This document shows, piece by piece, positions 8,714-18,954 of a DNA stretch of 64,000 nucleotides. The notes below the pieces were generated by a model. The model saw only the letters and a program-made list of their open reading frames with translations, had not been told where the DNA came from and did no database searches. The translations under genes and the position numbers were made by a program. The DNA comes from a bacterium (lineage in GTDB: Bacteria > Bacteroidota > Bacteroidia > B-17B0 > Aurantibacillaceae). The stretch spans positions 83,885-147,884 of the forward strand of contig JAQSCW010000023.1 of assembly GCA_029945625.1 (NCBI GenBank), given 5' to 3'. How positions within the stretch are numbered: position 1 is the stretch's first letter; each line of letters begins with the position of its first letter.

Positions 8714-10246
8714 ATGGAACAAACGATCGAACAAAAGGGACATCCAAAGGGACTGTACTTTTTATTTTTCACGGAGATGTGGGAGCGGTTTAGTTATTAT
8801 GGAATGAGAGCCATTTTCATTCTGTTTATGACTAAAGTACTATTATTAAAAGATGCCGCAGCATCAGAGATTTACGGAAGTTATACCGGACTGGTTTACT
8901 TAACGCCCTTGCTGGGAGGATATTTATGTGATAAATTTCTGGGAAATCGCCGCAGTATTATGATAGGGGGGCTGCTAATGGCCATCGGTCAGTTTTTTAT
9001 GTTTTTGAGTGCTTCAGCCGGTGCAAACGGCGGAATGGCCACCATGTGGATAGGATTAACATCTCTCATTATTGGAAATGGATTTTTTAAACCAAATATT
9101 TCTACCATGGTAGGTCAATTGTACCCGGCAGGAGACAGAAGAATTGACAGCGCATTTACTATATTTTACATGGGAATTAATTTGGGTGCTTTCTTTTCTC
9201 CACTTGTTTGCGGTTCAATGGATTTTAAATACGGATTCTTGGCCGCCTGTTTGGGGATGGTGGTGAGTCTGGTATCCTTCATGCTGTTTCAAAAGAAATA
9301 TTTAATTTCTGAAAGAGGGAAAGAAATTGGTTTGCCGGTTCAGAAACTGGATCTCAAAAGTATGTTATTAATCGCAGGGTCAATAGGCATTGTGTTTTTT
9401 ATGCTCAATTTCAAACAGATGTTCAAAAATGATGTAGATATTATCAGCTACTTTATATACGGTGCCATGATTTTAATGCCCATTGTTATCTTAACCGATA
9501 AGAGTTTGACTAAACTGGAGAGAAACCGAATCATTGTTATTTTTATTCTTGCTTTTTTTGTAATATTTTTCTGGGGTGCTTTTGAGCAGGCCGGTGCATC
9601 GCTCACCCTGTTTGCCGACCGACAAACCAACCGAAACTTATTAGGCTGGGAAATGCCGGCTTCTTATTTTCAATCCATCAATCCTCTGGCGGTAATTACC
9701 TTAGCACCTATCTTCACAATTCTTTGGGGATACCTGTATAAAAAAAGACTGGAGCCTTCCTCCCCGTATAAAATGGCCTATGGTTTAACGCTGGTGGCTC
9801 TTGGTTATGTGGTAATCGCCATCGCCGTAAAAGGTCTTGGTTTGGGCGATAAAGTAAGTATGTGGTGGTTAGTCTCTTTATACATTATTCACACCATGGG
9901 CGAATTATGTTTGTCGCCCATCGGCTTATCGATGGTTTCAAAATTGGCACCATTACGTTTATCTTCATTAATGATGGGAACCTGGTTTCTGGCGAACGCA
10001 GCAGCAAATAAATTTGCCGGTACTTTGAGCGCCTTAATTCCTCCTTCTGCCGATTCGGTAGATCCGAATGTGCCGGTAGTTTATCCTACATTTTTAACTT
10101 TTCAAATCACCAATTTGTATGAGTTTTTTATGCTGTTTATTGTTATGACCGGAATTGCAGCAGGCATTTTGTTCTTCATTAGTTCGTGGTTACAAAAAAT
10201 GATGAACGAAAAGCATGTTGAACCACATGTAGAAGCGCTGAGGTAA
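8714..10246 (+). CDS. POT/PTR2 family di-/tripeptide:proton symporter
   Basis: 510 aa polytopic protein. ExxERFxYYG signature (FTEMWERFSYYGMRAI) and FKPNIS motif. Confidence 0.9.
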   Translation: MEQTIEQKGHPKGLYFLFFTEMWERFSYYGMRAIFILFMTKVLLLKDAAASEIYGSYTGLVYLTPLLGGYLCDKFLGNRRSIMIGGLLMAIGQFFMFLSASAGANGGMATMWIGLTSLIIGNGFFKPNISTMVGQLYPAGDRRIDSAFTIFYMGINLGAFFSPLVCGSMDFKYGFLAACLGMVVSLVSFMLFQKKYLISERGKEIGLPVQKLDLKSMLLIAGSIGIVFFMLNFKQMFKNDVDIISYFIYGAMILMPIVILTDKSLTKLERNRIIVIFILAFFVIFFWGAFEQAGASLTLFADRQTNRNLLGWEMPASYFQSINPLAVITLAPIFTILWGYLYKKRLEPSSPYKMAYGLTLVALGYVVIAIAVKGLGLGDKVSMWWLVSLYIIHTMGELCLSPIGLSMVSKLAPLRLSSLMMGTWFLANAAANKFAGTLSALIPPSADSVDPNVPVVYPTFLTFQITNLYEFFMLFIVMTGIAAGILFFISSWLQKMMNEKHVEPHVEALR

Positions 10247-10270
10247 AACAATTGGAAGTCTTTTATGAGT

Positions 10271-10317
10271 CCCCGGTGAACCATATCTCCTAATTTGGTT
10301 TATCGGGGTTCTTTTTT
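10271..10317 (+). terminator. Rho-independent terminator between the two POT genes
   Basis: Imperfect 13-nt arms CCCCGGTGAACCA / TGGTTTATCGGGG followed by TTCTTTTTT. Confidence 0.6.
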
Positions 10318-10329
10318 AATCTGTAAAGT

Positions 10330-11844
10330 ATGTCGGTAACAACAAAAAGTCTCGAAGAAATTCAAAACTTTAAAGGCAAGTATCCCAAACAACTTTGGTA
10401 TTTGTTTTTTAGTGAAATGTGGGAACGTTTCAGCTTTTACGGAATGCGGGGCATGTTGGTGGTATTTATGGTCAGTCAGCTGAACATGAGCGATGTGGTG
10501 GCCAATTTGCAATACGGCGCCACACAGGCCTTTGTGTATGCATTTACATTTGTGGGAGGATTGTTTGCCGATAAAATTTTAGGGTATCGACGCTCTTTAT
10601 TTTGGGGCGGCATGTTGATGATCATTGGCAGTGTCCTTCTGGCGATAGATCCAAAAGTTTATTTCTTTTTTGGAATCAGTTTTACCATCATAGGCACGGG
10701 GTTTTTTAAACCAACAATTTCAACAATAGTGGGGAACTTATACAAAGAAGGAGACCCCCGTGTGGATGCAGGGTTTTCGCTCTTTTATGCCGGTGTAAAT
10801 TTGGGAGCTCTCATTGGAGGATATCTCTGCATTGCAACTGCTAATGGCACTATTTTTAGTTCGTTTATTCCCGAACACCTGCGATGGAACGTAGGATTCG
10901 GCTTCGCTTCAGTAGTGATGATGATAAGTTTGCTCAATTTCACACAAACACAAAAAAGTTTGGGCCCCATTGGCCTTTCGCCACTTGCGCATTTGGCTCC
11001 GGGAAAACGGCGTTTGTATGAGATCATGACCTACGTATTTTCGTTATTGCTTTTACCCATTATCATGACCATGGTGGCCAAAACCGAATATACTGATGTG
11101 TTTATGTTCATCATCGGACCCTGTTCGCTCATTTATTTGTTTTGGGAAATGCGTCATTTTTCTGTACAGGAGAACAAAAAAATAATTGCGGCACTCGTCT
11201 TTATTATTTTTTCCATTTTTTTCTGGGCTTTTTTTGAGCAGAGTGGGGGATCGCTCAGTTTGTTTGCGAAAAACAATCTGAACAATAAATTACTGGGCAT
11301 TACCCTCGATCCCAATGGGGTAAACAATTCGGCTAATTCTTTTTTTGTGATCCTTTTTGCAGCGGCTGTAGGACTCGTTTGGCTGGCCATGAACAAACGC
11401 AAACTTGAACCCAATACCATCGTAAAATTTGGTCTGGCCTTTTTGTTTTTGGCCGGCGGATTTTATGTATTTTATCAAAGTAAGTTCTTTGCAGATGGCA
11501 ATGGAATTACCTCGCTCAATGTGTTTACCTTTGGGTGGTTCATCATTACTTTTGGTGAATTGTGCCTCTCGCCCATCGGAATGTCGGTAATGACAAAACT
11601 CTCACCGCAAAAAACGCAGGCTGTGCTCATGGGCATGTGGTTTCTAGCCAGTGCCTATGGACAATATTTTGCCGGGCTGCTTGGAGCCAATATAGCCAGT
11701 GCTTCTGAGAATTCAACAAATCTTGAAAAACTAGGTGTGTACGCCGATGGCTACAAACAATTGGCCATCTACGCCTTAATTGCCGGAGTAATTCTCATCG
11801 CCATTTCTCCGCTGGTGAAGAAATTGATGGGAGGTGTGAAGTAG
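10330..11844 (+). CDS. POT/PTR2 family di-/tripeptide:proton symporter (paralog)
   Basis: 504 aa. FSEMWERFSFYGMRGM signature and FKPTIS motif. Confidence 0.9.
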   Translation: MSVTTKSLEEIQNFKGKYPKQLWYLFFSEMWERFSFYGMRGMLVVFMVSQLNMSDVVANLQYGATQAFVYAFTFVGGLFADKILGYRRSLFWGGMLMIIGSVLLAIDPKVYFFFGISFTIIGTGFFKPTISTIVGNLYKEGDPRVDAGFSLFYAGVNLGALIGGYLCIATANGTIFSSFIPEHLRWNVGFGFASVVMMISLLNFTQTQKSLGPIGLSPLAHLAPGKRRLYEIMTYVFSLLLLPIIMTMVAKTEYTDVFMFIIGPCSLIYLFWEMRHFSVQENKKIIAALVFIIFSIFFWAFFEQSGGSLSLFAKNNLNNKLLGITLDPNGVNNSANSFFVILFAAAVGLVWLAMNKRKLEPNTIVKFGLAFLFLAGGFYVFYQSKFFADGNGITSLNVFTFGWFIITFGELCLSPIGMSVMTKLSPQKTQAVLMGMWFLASAYGQYFAGLLGANIASASENSTNLEKLGVYADGYKQLAIYALIAGVILIAISPLVKKLMGGVK

Positions 11845-11912
11845 TATTTTTGAAAACACTGAATTAGTTTAAGAATAGAAAAATTGGAGTTCCGGATCAT
11901 TAAAACTCAGCC

Positions 11913-13073
11913 TTACGATTTTATTTGCGCTAATTCTTTCCAGGGTAGAATTTCCGTACCTGCGCTGCGTTTTTGTTTTTCAGTTCCGGCATACAGTAAA
12001 TATGATTTTTTAATGGAACTTAATTTGCACCAGTAATCAAGGTTTCTGAAAAATTCGGGCGTTATGGTTTTACCAGATTTAATTTCTATGGGAATGAGTT
12101 TGGAAGCTGCGTCAATAAGCAGGTCTATTTCATGACCGGTTTTATCGCGCCAGTAATACAAATTGTTGGGCTGTCCTGCATTGCTACGCTGCTTCACAAA
12201 TTCGGTAATCACTAGGGCTTCGAAAATAGCACCTCTTAGAGGATGTGTTTCCAATTGCTTCACCGAGCTGATTCGCAATAGGGAACAAACTAATCCGGTA
12301 TCGTAAAAATAGAGCTTAGGGCGCTTGATGACTGTTTTATTAAAGTTCTTAAAATGAGGTCTCAGTAAATACACAATGAAGCTGCTTTCCAGAATACCGA
12401 TCCAAGATTGCATTGTTTTGAGATCTGCCCCCACTTCGATGGAGAGGGAGTTCATATTAAGTTCTTGTCCACAGCGTCCTGCAAGCAGGGATAAAAATTT
12501 AGTAAAGCGATTGAGATCGGAGATATTCTTTAATTGCCTCACATCCCTTTCAATATAGGTGCGGATATAATTAGGGTACCAATCACCCGGCGGAATTCTT
12601 TGGTGGTAAATGGGGGGATAAGATCCTTTTAGCAGGAGTTCATCATCGTTTTTTGGAAGTTTTTTTCCCGAAATTAATTCATTAACGGAAAAGGGAAGGA
12701 GTTGAAGGTAACCAATTCTGCCGGCTAGGGTTTGGGAAATACTTTGTTGCAATAAAAAGTTATTCGACCCCGTTAAGATAAAGAGGCCCCTTTTTTTTGA
12801 ATTATCCAGTATTTCCTGGAGATATGAATAGAGGTCGGGCGCGCGTTGTGCTTCATCTAAAATAGCACCATTTGGAAATGATCCTAAAAAACCCCTTGGG
12901 TCCTCAAGGGCAAAACGCATAATGTCGGGATTTTCTAACGAGGCATAGGGTTTATTTTTAAAGAGTGATTTAACCAGGGTAGTTTTTCCCGACTGACGTG
13001 GGCCAATTACAGCAACCGCTTTGAACGAGCGGCTCAATTGGAGAAGTTTTTTTTCAGCGTCACGCGTGATCAT
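11913..13073 (-). CDS. AAA-type ATPase with DUF4143-like C-terminal domain
   Basis: Walker A GPRQSGKTT, Walker B-like AILDEAQR, and a C-terminal region of the AAA_14/DUF4143 type. I prefer the start at MITRDAEKK (13073). The track ORF extends to 13136 with an implausible hydrophobic extension. Confidence 0.7.
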   Translation of the reverse strand: MITRDAEKKLLQLSRSFKAVAVIGPRQSGKTTLVKSLFKNKPYASLENPDIMRFALEDPRGFLGSFPNGAILDEAQRAPDLYSYLQEILDNSKKRGLFILTGSNNFLLQQSISQTLAGRIGYLQLLPFSVNELISGKKLPKNDDELLLKGSYPPIYHQRIPPGDWYPNYIRTYIERDVRQLKNISDLNRFTKFLSLLAGRCGQELNMNSLSIEVGADLKTMQSWIGILESSFIVYLLRPHFKNFNKTVIKRPKLYFYDTGLVCSLLRISSVKQLETHPLRGAIFEALVITEFVKQRSNAGQPNNLYYWRDKTGHEIDLLIDAASKLIPIEIKSGKTITPEFFRNLDYWCKLSSIKKSYLLYAGTEKQKRSAGTEILPWKELAQIKS

Positions 13074-13613
13074 GTCACAAATATAGGAAAAAAATGGAAT
13101 TGAATTCCATAAAATTCCAATAATATTATCTAACATATTGATTATTAAGCATTAATGAATTCGTTGTTTTTGTAAATTATTGACCATTTATTCGGGCCTG
13201 GTCAGATTTTCATTTTCTGCAGACAAATTCAATCACTTTTTCCGTACTGGATGGTATTTTAGAGTGTCTGTTGTTCCACAATTGGGCATTAATTTCGGAA
13301 TGCAGCAGCTTGTAGCCAAAAATCAGAGTAGAACTAGAAACCATGTATGGTATTGATAAATAGTATGTTAGAATTATTATTACCGACAACAATCGACAAC
13401 AATTGCTTTTATACGAATGTAAATACGTAAAAACCGAATAACGTTTTGAAGTCGCCGCACCTTTATCTCGTCGATTTGAAATACCGCGGTTTGAATTCAG
13501 ATTTTAAAGCGACACAGAAACAAGCCACAGATGACGCTAAAAAATTAAACAAATTTAAAACAGGCAGAGTCAGGGCACACAAAAAAATAAATAATTAAAT
13601 AAAAAAGACACAC

Positions 13614-13961
13614 ATGAAAAACACAAAAAATCACGTACAATTAGTTGGACGTTTAGGTGCAAACCCGGAAGTAAAAGTTTTGGAAAATGGTAACAGACTG
13701 GCGCGTTTTAATATCGCCGTCACAGAGACCTATGTTACTAAAAAAGGTGAAAAAGTAACGGATGTGCAGTGGCACAATATCATTGCCTGGGGAGATATGG
13801 CAGTTGTGGCCGAGCAACAGTTGAACAAAGGTTCCCTGGTGACGGTGGACGGAAAATTAGTGAAGAGTTCCTATACCAACAAAGAGGGGCAGAAGCGCAC
13901 GAATGTAGAAATAGTGGCCCGAGATTTGGTGTTTTCCCAAAAACAAACACTGGTAGCGTAA
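13614..13961 (+). CDS. ssb: Single-stranded DNA-binding protein, short form without acidic C-terminal tip
   Basis: 115 aa OB fold (VQLVGRLGANPE...WHNIIAWG...VTVDGKL). It ends ...FSQKQTLVA with no D/E-rich IPF-type tail. Confidence 0.8.
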   Translation: MKNTKNHVQLVGRLGANPEVKVLENGNRLARFNIAVTETYVTKKGEKVTDVQWHNIIAWGDMAVVAEQQLNKGSLVTVDGKLVKSSYTNKEGQKRTNVEIVARDLVFSQKQTLVA

Positions 13962-14005
13962 AACAATAATCAACTAAAATAAATAACAAATAAAAAACAA
14001 AAATC

Positions 14006-14338
14006 ATGAATGCAACAAACAGAGTACAATTAACCGGAAATCTGGGCAACGACCCTGAGATCAAAACATTTGAAAATGGCAAACTGGCTAAATTCTCAAT
14101 GGCAACTAAGGAAGAATACACTACCCGAAGTGGTGAAAAGGCATCGGACACACAATGGCATTTTGTAATTGCCTGGGGAAAAGTTGCTGAGCGAGTGGAA
14201 GCAGACTTCAAAAAAGGAAGTTTCGTGAGTATTGAAGGTAAGTTGGTAACCAGAAACTACACAGATAAAAACGGTCAGAAAAAATATGTGACCGAAGTAG
14301 TGGCCAATGACGCCGTGCTGAATCAAAAGAGCGCCTAA
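14006..14338 (+). CDS. ssb: Single-stranded DNA-binding protein, short form (tandem paralog)
   Basis: 110 aa, roughly half identical to the upstream SSB by eye (VQLTGNLGNDPE...WHFVIAWG...VSIEGKL). No acidic tail. Confidence 0.8.
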   Translation: MNATNRVQLTGNLGNDPEIKTFENGKLAKFSMATKEEYTTRSGEKASDTQWHFVIAWGKVAERVEADFKKGSFVSIEGKLVTRNYTDKNGQKKYVTEVVANDAVLNQKSA

Positions 14339-14353
14339 GGGTTAGATGGGATC

Positions 14354-14389
14354 AGAGCCTCGGCTAATTAGTGGTCGGGGCTCTTTTTC
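14354..14389 (+). terminator. Probable intrinsic terminator after the SSB pair
   Basis: AGAGCCTCGG / TCGGGGCTCT stem (10 bp with G-U pairs), 11-nt loop, then TTTT. It abuts the stop of the convergent MFS gene. Confidence 0.55.
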
Positions 14390-14393
14390 AAAC

Positions 14394-15656
14394 TCAGGAA
14401 TACGAGGTAATGTCGAGATCTTTGAGCTTAGGATTAATTTTGTGAATGCCAAGAACCACCAAAATGGTCATGCCTCCGCCAAAAATAATAGAAGGTACAA
14501 GTCCCATGATCTTTGCTGCCAGTCCGCTTTCAAAACCACCGATCTCGTTGCTGCTGCCAACAAAAATATTATTAATGGCACTCACGCGGCCACGCATGTT
14601 ATCGGGAGTCATTAATTGCAAAATACTATGCCGTACCACCACGCTTACATTATCAAAAGCGCCGGTAAGGAACAGCATGGCGAAGGCCAACCAATAATTG
14701 GTGGAAAGTCCGAATAAAATGGTGAAAACACCAAAGGCGATCACCGACCACAACAAAGCAACGCCTGCTTTTTTTGCGGGAGGGTACACCGCCATCACAA
14801 AAGCCGAAAGAACAGCGCCAATAGCAGGTGAGGTGCGAAGCAGGCCGTATGCTTCAGGACCAAGATGCAAAACTTTGTCGGTGAAAGCAGGGATAAGAAC
14901 CACCGCACCACCAAATAATACAGCAAATAGGTCAAGAGAAATGGCGCTCAGAACCATTTTGTTTTTGAATACAAAACGCAAGCCCACTTTCATACTCGTA
15001 AAAACAGTTTCTGTTTCATCACGTTTCTGAGGGGCGCCGGGATTTGAGATTTTGATAATGAAAATAAGAGAGAGCAAAAACAAAATAACCTCGGTAAGAT
15101 GACACCACTGGGCATTCAGCTTGTTGTTGAAGCCGTAAATTATTCCCGAAAGTACGGGCCCCAGAATGGCCCCGGTGTGCCAAGCTGAACTGTTCCAAGT
15201 TGCGGAATTGGTATAAGAAGCACGGGGAATAAGTTGGCTGAGAAAGGGATTTGTACTGGCACCAATAAATGCACGGATGATACCAAAGATAAAAACTACA
15301 CCAAAGAGCGAATAAAGTCCCATGCCCCTGAGCAACATAAAAAATGGATCGGCATTCAGATACAAGAAGACCGCACCCAGCATAAGGAGAAATGTGCAGA
15401 TTAGGATGATTTTTTTCTTTTGGATGATATCCACAAAATGTCCGCTAAAAAAGGAAGTGAAAATAAATGGAATAGCTTCGGCAAGACCTATGAGTCCCAA
15501 AATAAATTCTTCTTTGGAGTACTCATAATAAATTTGAAGATAAATGGTGCTGAACTGCATTTGAATGGCGAGGGTAAGCAGCAAACGCACCAAAATGAAA
15601 TATCGGAAGTCTCTTATTTTAAAGACCTGAAGGGAGTCGTTTTGCAGAAATGCCAT
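14394..15656 (-). CDS. MFS transporter
   Basis: 420 aa with about 12 hydrophobic segments and MFS-like loop motifs. Substrate unknown. Confidence 0.75.
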   Translation of the reverse strand: MAFLQNDSLQVFKIRDFRYFILVRLLLTLAIQMQFSTIYLQIYYEYSKEEFILGLIGLAEAIPFIFTSFFSGHFVDIIQKKKIILICTFLLMLGAVFLYLNADPFFMLLRGMGLYSLFGVVFIFGIIRAFIGASTNPFLSQLIPRASYTNSATWNSSAWHTGAILGPVLSGIIYGFNNKLNAQWCHLTEVILFLLSLIFIIKISNPGAPQKRDETETVFTSMKVGLRFVFKNKMVLSAISLDLFAVLFGGAVVLIPAFTDKVLHLGPEAYGLLRTSPAIGAVLSAFVMAVYPPAKKAGVALLWSVIAFGVFTILFGLSTNYWLAFAMLFLTGAFDNVSVVVRHSILQLMTPDNMRGRVSAINNIFVGSSNEIGGFESGLAAKIMGLVPSIIFGGGMTILVVLGIHKINPKLKDLDITSYS

Positions 15657-15759
15657 AAATTTCCCTAAAAATAAGAAAAGCCTTCGCTGAGATAGTCATG
15701 AAATGTAAACAATTAAATAAAATAATGCCTTTGAGGGCAAATTTGTAAATTCGTAATTT

Positions 15760-16458
15760 ATGGAACAACTTTCCAAACACATCACCATCAAATTATTGGC
15801 GGAAGACGACCGACCACGTGAAAAAATGACCTCGCAAGGGCGACACAATTTAAGTGATGCCGAATTAATAGCAATTATTTTGGCATCGGGCAATAGAACC
15901 GAAACGGCCGTACAATTATCGCAGCGCATGCTCTCTGAAAATAATAACAGTATTAATGAGCTTGCCAAACTAAGTGTGAACGACCTCAAAAAATACCGGG
16001 GAATTGGTCAGGTAAAGGCTGTAACCATTGCAGCTGCTTTTGAGTTAGGCCGCAGAAGAAGAGAGAGTGAAAGTATTGAAAAACCAAAGATCACGTCCAG
16101 CAGAATTGCCTACGATCTTTTATTTAAACGTTTGAGTGACCTGCCACACGAAGAATTTTGGATCTTACTACTCGATCGCGCTAACCGTGTGGTAAAAGAA
16201 GAGCGACTGAGTAAAGGAGGAATTTCAGGTACGGTGGTGGATGTGAGATTGATTTGCCGGGCGGCCATCGAAAATAATACCAGCGGTGTGATAATTGCCC
16301 ACAATCACCCAAGTGGGCAGGTGCTGCCAAGTGAGCAGGACCGAGCTATCACAAAAAAACTCAAAGAAGCGTTGCATTTGCTCGACATGTCGCTGCTCGA
16401 TCATTTAATTATAGGGGACCAAAAATATTGTAGTTTTTCTGACGAGGGATTGATCTGA
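15760..16458 (+). CDS. radC: RadC-family JAB/MPN domain protein
   Basis: 232 aa. N-terminal HhH-like region (LSDAELIAIIL, YRGIGQVKA) and a C-terminal JAB motif HNHPSG. Confidence 0.9.
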   Translation: MEQLSKHITIKLLAEDDRPREKMTSQGRHNLSDAELIAIILASGNRTETAVQLSQRMLSENNNSINELAKLSVNDLKKYRGIGQVKAVTIAAAFELGRRRRESESIEKPKITSSRIAYDLLFKRLSDLPHEEFWILLLDRANRVVKEERLSKGGISGTVVDVRLICRAAIENNTSGVIIAHNHPSGQVLPSEQDRAITKKLKEALHLLDMSLLDHLIIGDQKYCSFSDEGLI

Positions 16459-16469
16459 ACACCTAAGAA

Positions 16470-16511
16470 AGAAATGATGAATTGTAAATTAGAAATGATA
16501 AATTAAAAATT
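16470..16511. repeat. Tandem 21-mer doublet
   Basis: AGAAATGATGAATTGTAAATT followed directly by AGAAATGATAAATTAAAAATT (18/21 identical). Confidence 0.8.
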
Positions 16512-16549
16512 AAGGTACTAAATATGCATTACGCTAAAAAAGAAGGGAT

Positions 16550-17704
16550 ATGTTGAAAATTGTCACAATTATAGGTGCCCGACCACAGATCATTAAAGCG
16601 GCTGCAATGAGTAGGGCCATCAAAAATAAATTCTCTGGAGAGATCACTGAAATCATTGTTCATACCGGCCAGCATTACGATGCCAATATGAGTCAGATCT
16701 TTATTGATGAATTGAATATTCCCGCACCTGATTATAATTTGAATGTGGGAAGTGGAAGTCATGGCAAACAAACGGCTGCCATGATTATTGGCATTGAAGA
16801 TATTTTGTTAAAAGAGCAGCCGGGAGCCATTGTGCTATACGGTGACACCAATTCTACCCTTGCGGGTGCTGTGGCTGCAAGCAAAATTCATATTCCTGTG
16901 GTGCACATAGAAGCGGGTTTGCGTTCGTATAGTAAGATCATGCCCGAAGAAGTGAACCGCATTATGTGCGATCACATCAGCACCTTGCTGTTTTCTCCCA
17001 CAACAACAGGATTTGACAATTTAATAAAAGAGGGATTTAAAAAAGACAATGCAGCTCCTTACAGTGCCGACAACCCAAAGATCTATCAGTGTGGGGATGT
17101 TATGTACGACAACAGCTTATTTTTTAGTGATGTGGCCGAAAGTAAAACCGATATTTTAGAAAGATTGAAACTTCAGAAAAATAATTTTATTTTGGCCACC
17201 ATTCACCGAAATAACAATACCGATGAGCCCCTCAGATTAAATGCTCTGTTCAGATCGTTGAATGAAATTTCTGAAAAACACAAAGTAGATGTGGTTCTGC
17301 CGCTTCATCCCCGAACAGCGAAATTGTTGGAAAGCAATCTTGAAAAAGAACTTTATTTAAAAGTAAAATCAAATAATCAATTTAAAATCACGCAACCCGC
17401 CTCTTTTTTAGAAATGGTGAGTCTCGAAAGGAACTGCAGATTGGTAATGACCGATAGTGGAGGTGTACAAAAGGAAGCCTTTTATTTTGAAAAGCCCTGC
17501 GTGATTCTTCGTCCCGAAACCGAATGGGTAGAGCTGGTAGAGTGTGGCGCAGCCATCGTGGCAGATGCCGATGAAACGCGCATTAAAGCGGCGTATGGCA
17601 TACTCACTTCTAAAAAAGATCTGAAATTCCCGAAATTATATGGTGATGGAAACGCCGCTGAATTTATTTGTGGGGAGATGTTACATCATCTAACTAAAAA
17701 ATAA
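16550..17704 (+). CDS. wecB: UDP-N-acetylglucosamine 2-epimerase (non-hydrolysing)
   Basis: 384 aa. Motifs IIGARPQIIKAA, HIEAGLRS and DSGGVQKEA. Confidence 0.9.
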   Translation: MLKIVTIIGARPQIIKAAAMSRAIKNKFSGEITEIIVHTGQHYDANMSQIFIDELNIPAPDYNLNVGSGSHGKQTAAMIIGIEDILLKEQPGAIVLYGDTNSTLAGAVAASKIHIPVVHIEAGLRSYSKIMPEEVNRIMCDHISTLLFSPTTTGFDNLIKEGFKKDNAAPYSADNPKIYQCGDVMYDNSLFFSDVAESKTDILERLKLQKNNFILATIHRNNNTDEPLRLNALFRSLNEISEKHKVDVVLPLHPRTAKLLESNLEKELYLKVKSNNQFKITQPASFLEMVSLERNCRLVMTDSGGVQKEAFYFEKPCVILRPETEWVELVECGAAIVADADETRIKAAYGILTSKKDLKFPKLYGDGNAAEFICGEMLHHLTKK

Positions 17705-17946
17705 CCTGCGAAGGAAGAATGAATTACGGCAAGGAGAGCTAAAGAAAATACAATCTTTCACCGCCTAGGCTTGCCTGCCCATACCAATTCAAGGTTCGCA
17801 GAAGAAGTTCGTAAAGTGTGACGCGGAATACCTGGGGTGCCAGCACGGTGCTTATGTGGACTAAGTTTACTTTTGTCTCTGCATCTCAGCAAATTCCCCC
17901 ACAAATTCCAGTTGTAGTGAGCGGCAAAAAAAATGGCCCATTCAAC

Positions 17947-18954
17947 CTAAAATTTCGGACAACTCACTAACACATGTTTGTTTTTCTTGCGTTTCTTAGC
18001 AATTTCATATACAAGAGATACCTCATGTGCGCCTTGGGTATTGGTTATACCCAAGTGTGAAATGGTAATGTCATAACTATAACCGATTCTGAAATTTTTA
18101 TCAGGTATTTCTAAGCCCAATAATACCGCAATGCTTTCTCGGTTAGGATAACCCGGTTGGTAGTGTTTAAATGGCAATCCCCGGTACCAGAGTCCCACGT
18201 TGAGAAAGGACTTAAAATAGTAGGCACCCAAATCGAGCTGACTGTAATTTTGTTCCTTTCGAAAATGAAAACTGGCACTTACAAATTCTTGAAGATCGGT
18301 GCGGCCTGCACCTTTCGCAGAAATGATATAACGGTAACCGCCGTGGATATCCAAATATACGGGTAAAGCCTCAGTATTACCGGCCATGCTATTATTGGGT
18401 TGATTGATATGTTTAGCCGCTATGCCAAACCAATAATTGGTTGAATTAAAGAGCAGGCCTGCTCCCAGATCTAGGTAAGTAACAGGTTCCACACTTTTTG
18501 CGTCGGCAGATGAACCGGGAGCTCCTCCCGAAATAAGCTGATCGTTAAATACTAAAGTGGTATTGTCCAATTTTTTTGTCGTCATGGCTATCATCATTCC
18601 GGCTCTAATTTCCGCATGTTTTTTTACTTTGAAGCGGTAGGCCAAATTCAATCCTGTTTGTGTAGTGACCAGTCTTGACGTTCCGGCATGGTCTTGCAAC
18701 ACAAATCCGCCAATGCCACTGTTGAGGTTGGAAATGTTATAATCGTATGTTGCCATGTAAGTTTTGTATGCTGTTTTAACCGAAGGCCATTGATTTCGGT
18801 AATTGGCGGTAAATCGGTGTTCATAGGTGTGACCGGTGAATGCCGGATTTAAATACATGGGGGCGGCATAAAACTGCGTAAACTGAGGCTCTTGCGCCAT
18901 TGCAGTAATAGCAAGATGCAGTAAAAAAATAATATGTAAGCAGCTATTGCGCAC
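17947..18954 (-). CDS. T9SS PorP/SprF family outer-membrane protein
   Basis: 335 aa. Signal peptide, then the QFYAAPMYLNPAFTG motif characteristic of PorP/SprF. Beta-barrel-like, with a C-terminal Phe. Confidence 0.85.
   Translation of the reverse strand: MRNSCLHIIFLLHLAITAMAQEPQFTQFYAAPMYLNPAFTGHTYEHRFTANYRNQWPSVKTAYKTYMATYDYNISNLNSGIGGFVLQDHAGTSRLVTTQTGLNLAYRFKVKKHAEIRAGMMIAMTTKKLDNTTLVFNDQLISGGAPGSSADAKSVEPVTYLDLGAGLLFNSTNYWFGIAAKHINQPNNSMAGNTEALPVYLDIHGGYRYIISAKGAGRTDLQEFVSASFHFRKEQNYSQLDLGAYYFKSFLNVGLWYRGLPFKHYQPGYPNRESIAVLLGLEIPDKNFRIGYSYDITISHLGITNTQGAHEVSLVYEIAKKRKKNKHVLVSCPKF

Noticed and set aside
13074-13136. N-terminal 21-aa extension of the ATPase ORF
   Set aside because: The extension (MLDNIIGILWNSIPFFSYICD) is hydrophobic and atypical for this cytoplasmic ATPase family. 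The internal Met at 13073 gives a normal N-terminus.
13210-13392. 60-aa minus-strand ORF upstream of the DUF4143 ATPase
   Set aside because: It has a TTG start that runs into the perfect CGACAACAAT doublet. The hydrophobic N-terminus could mean a small membrane protein, but nothing else supports it. I left it uncalled.
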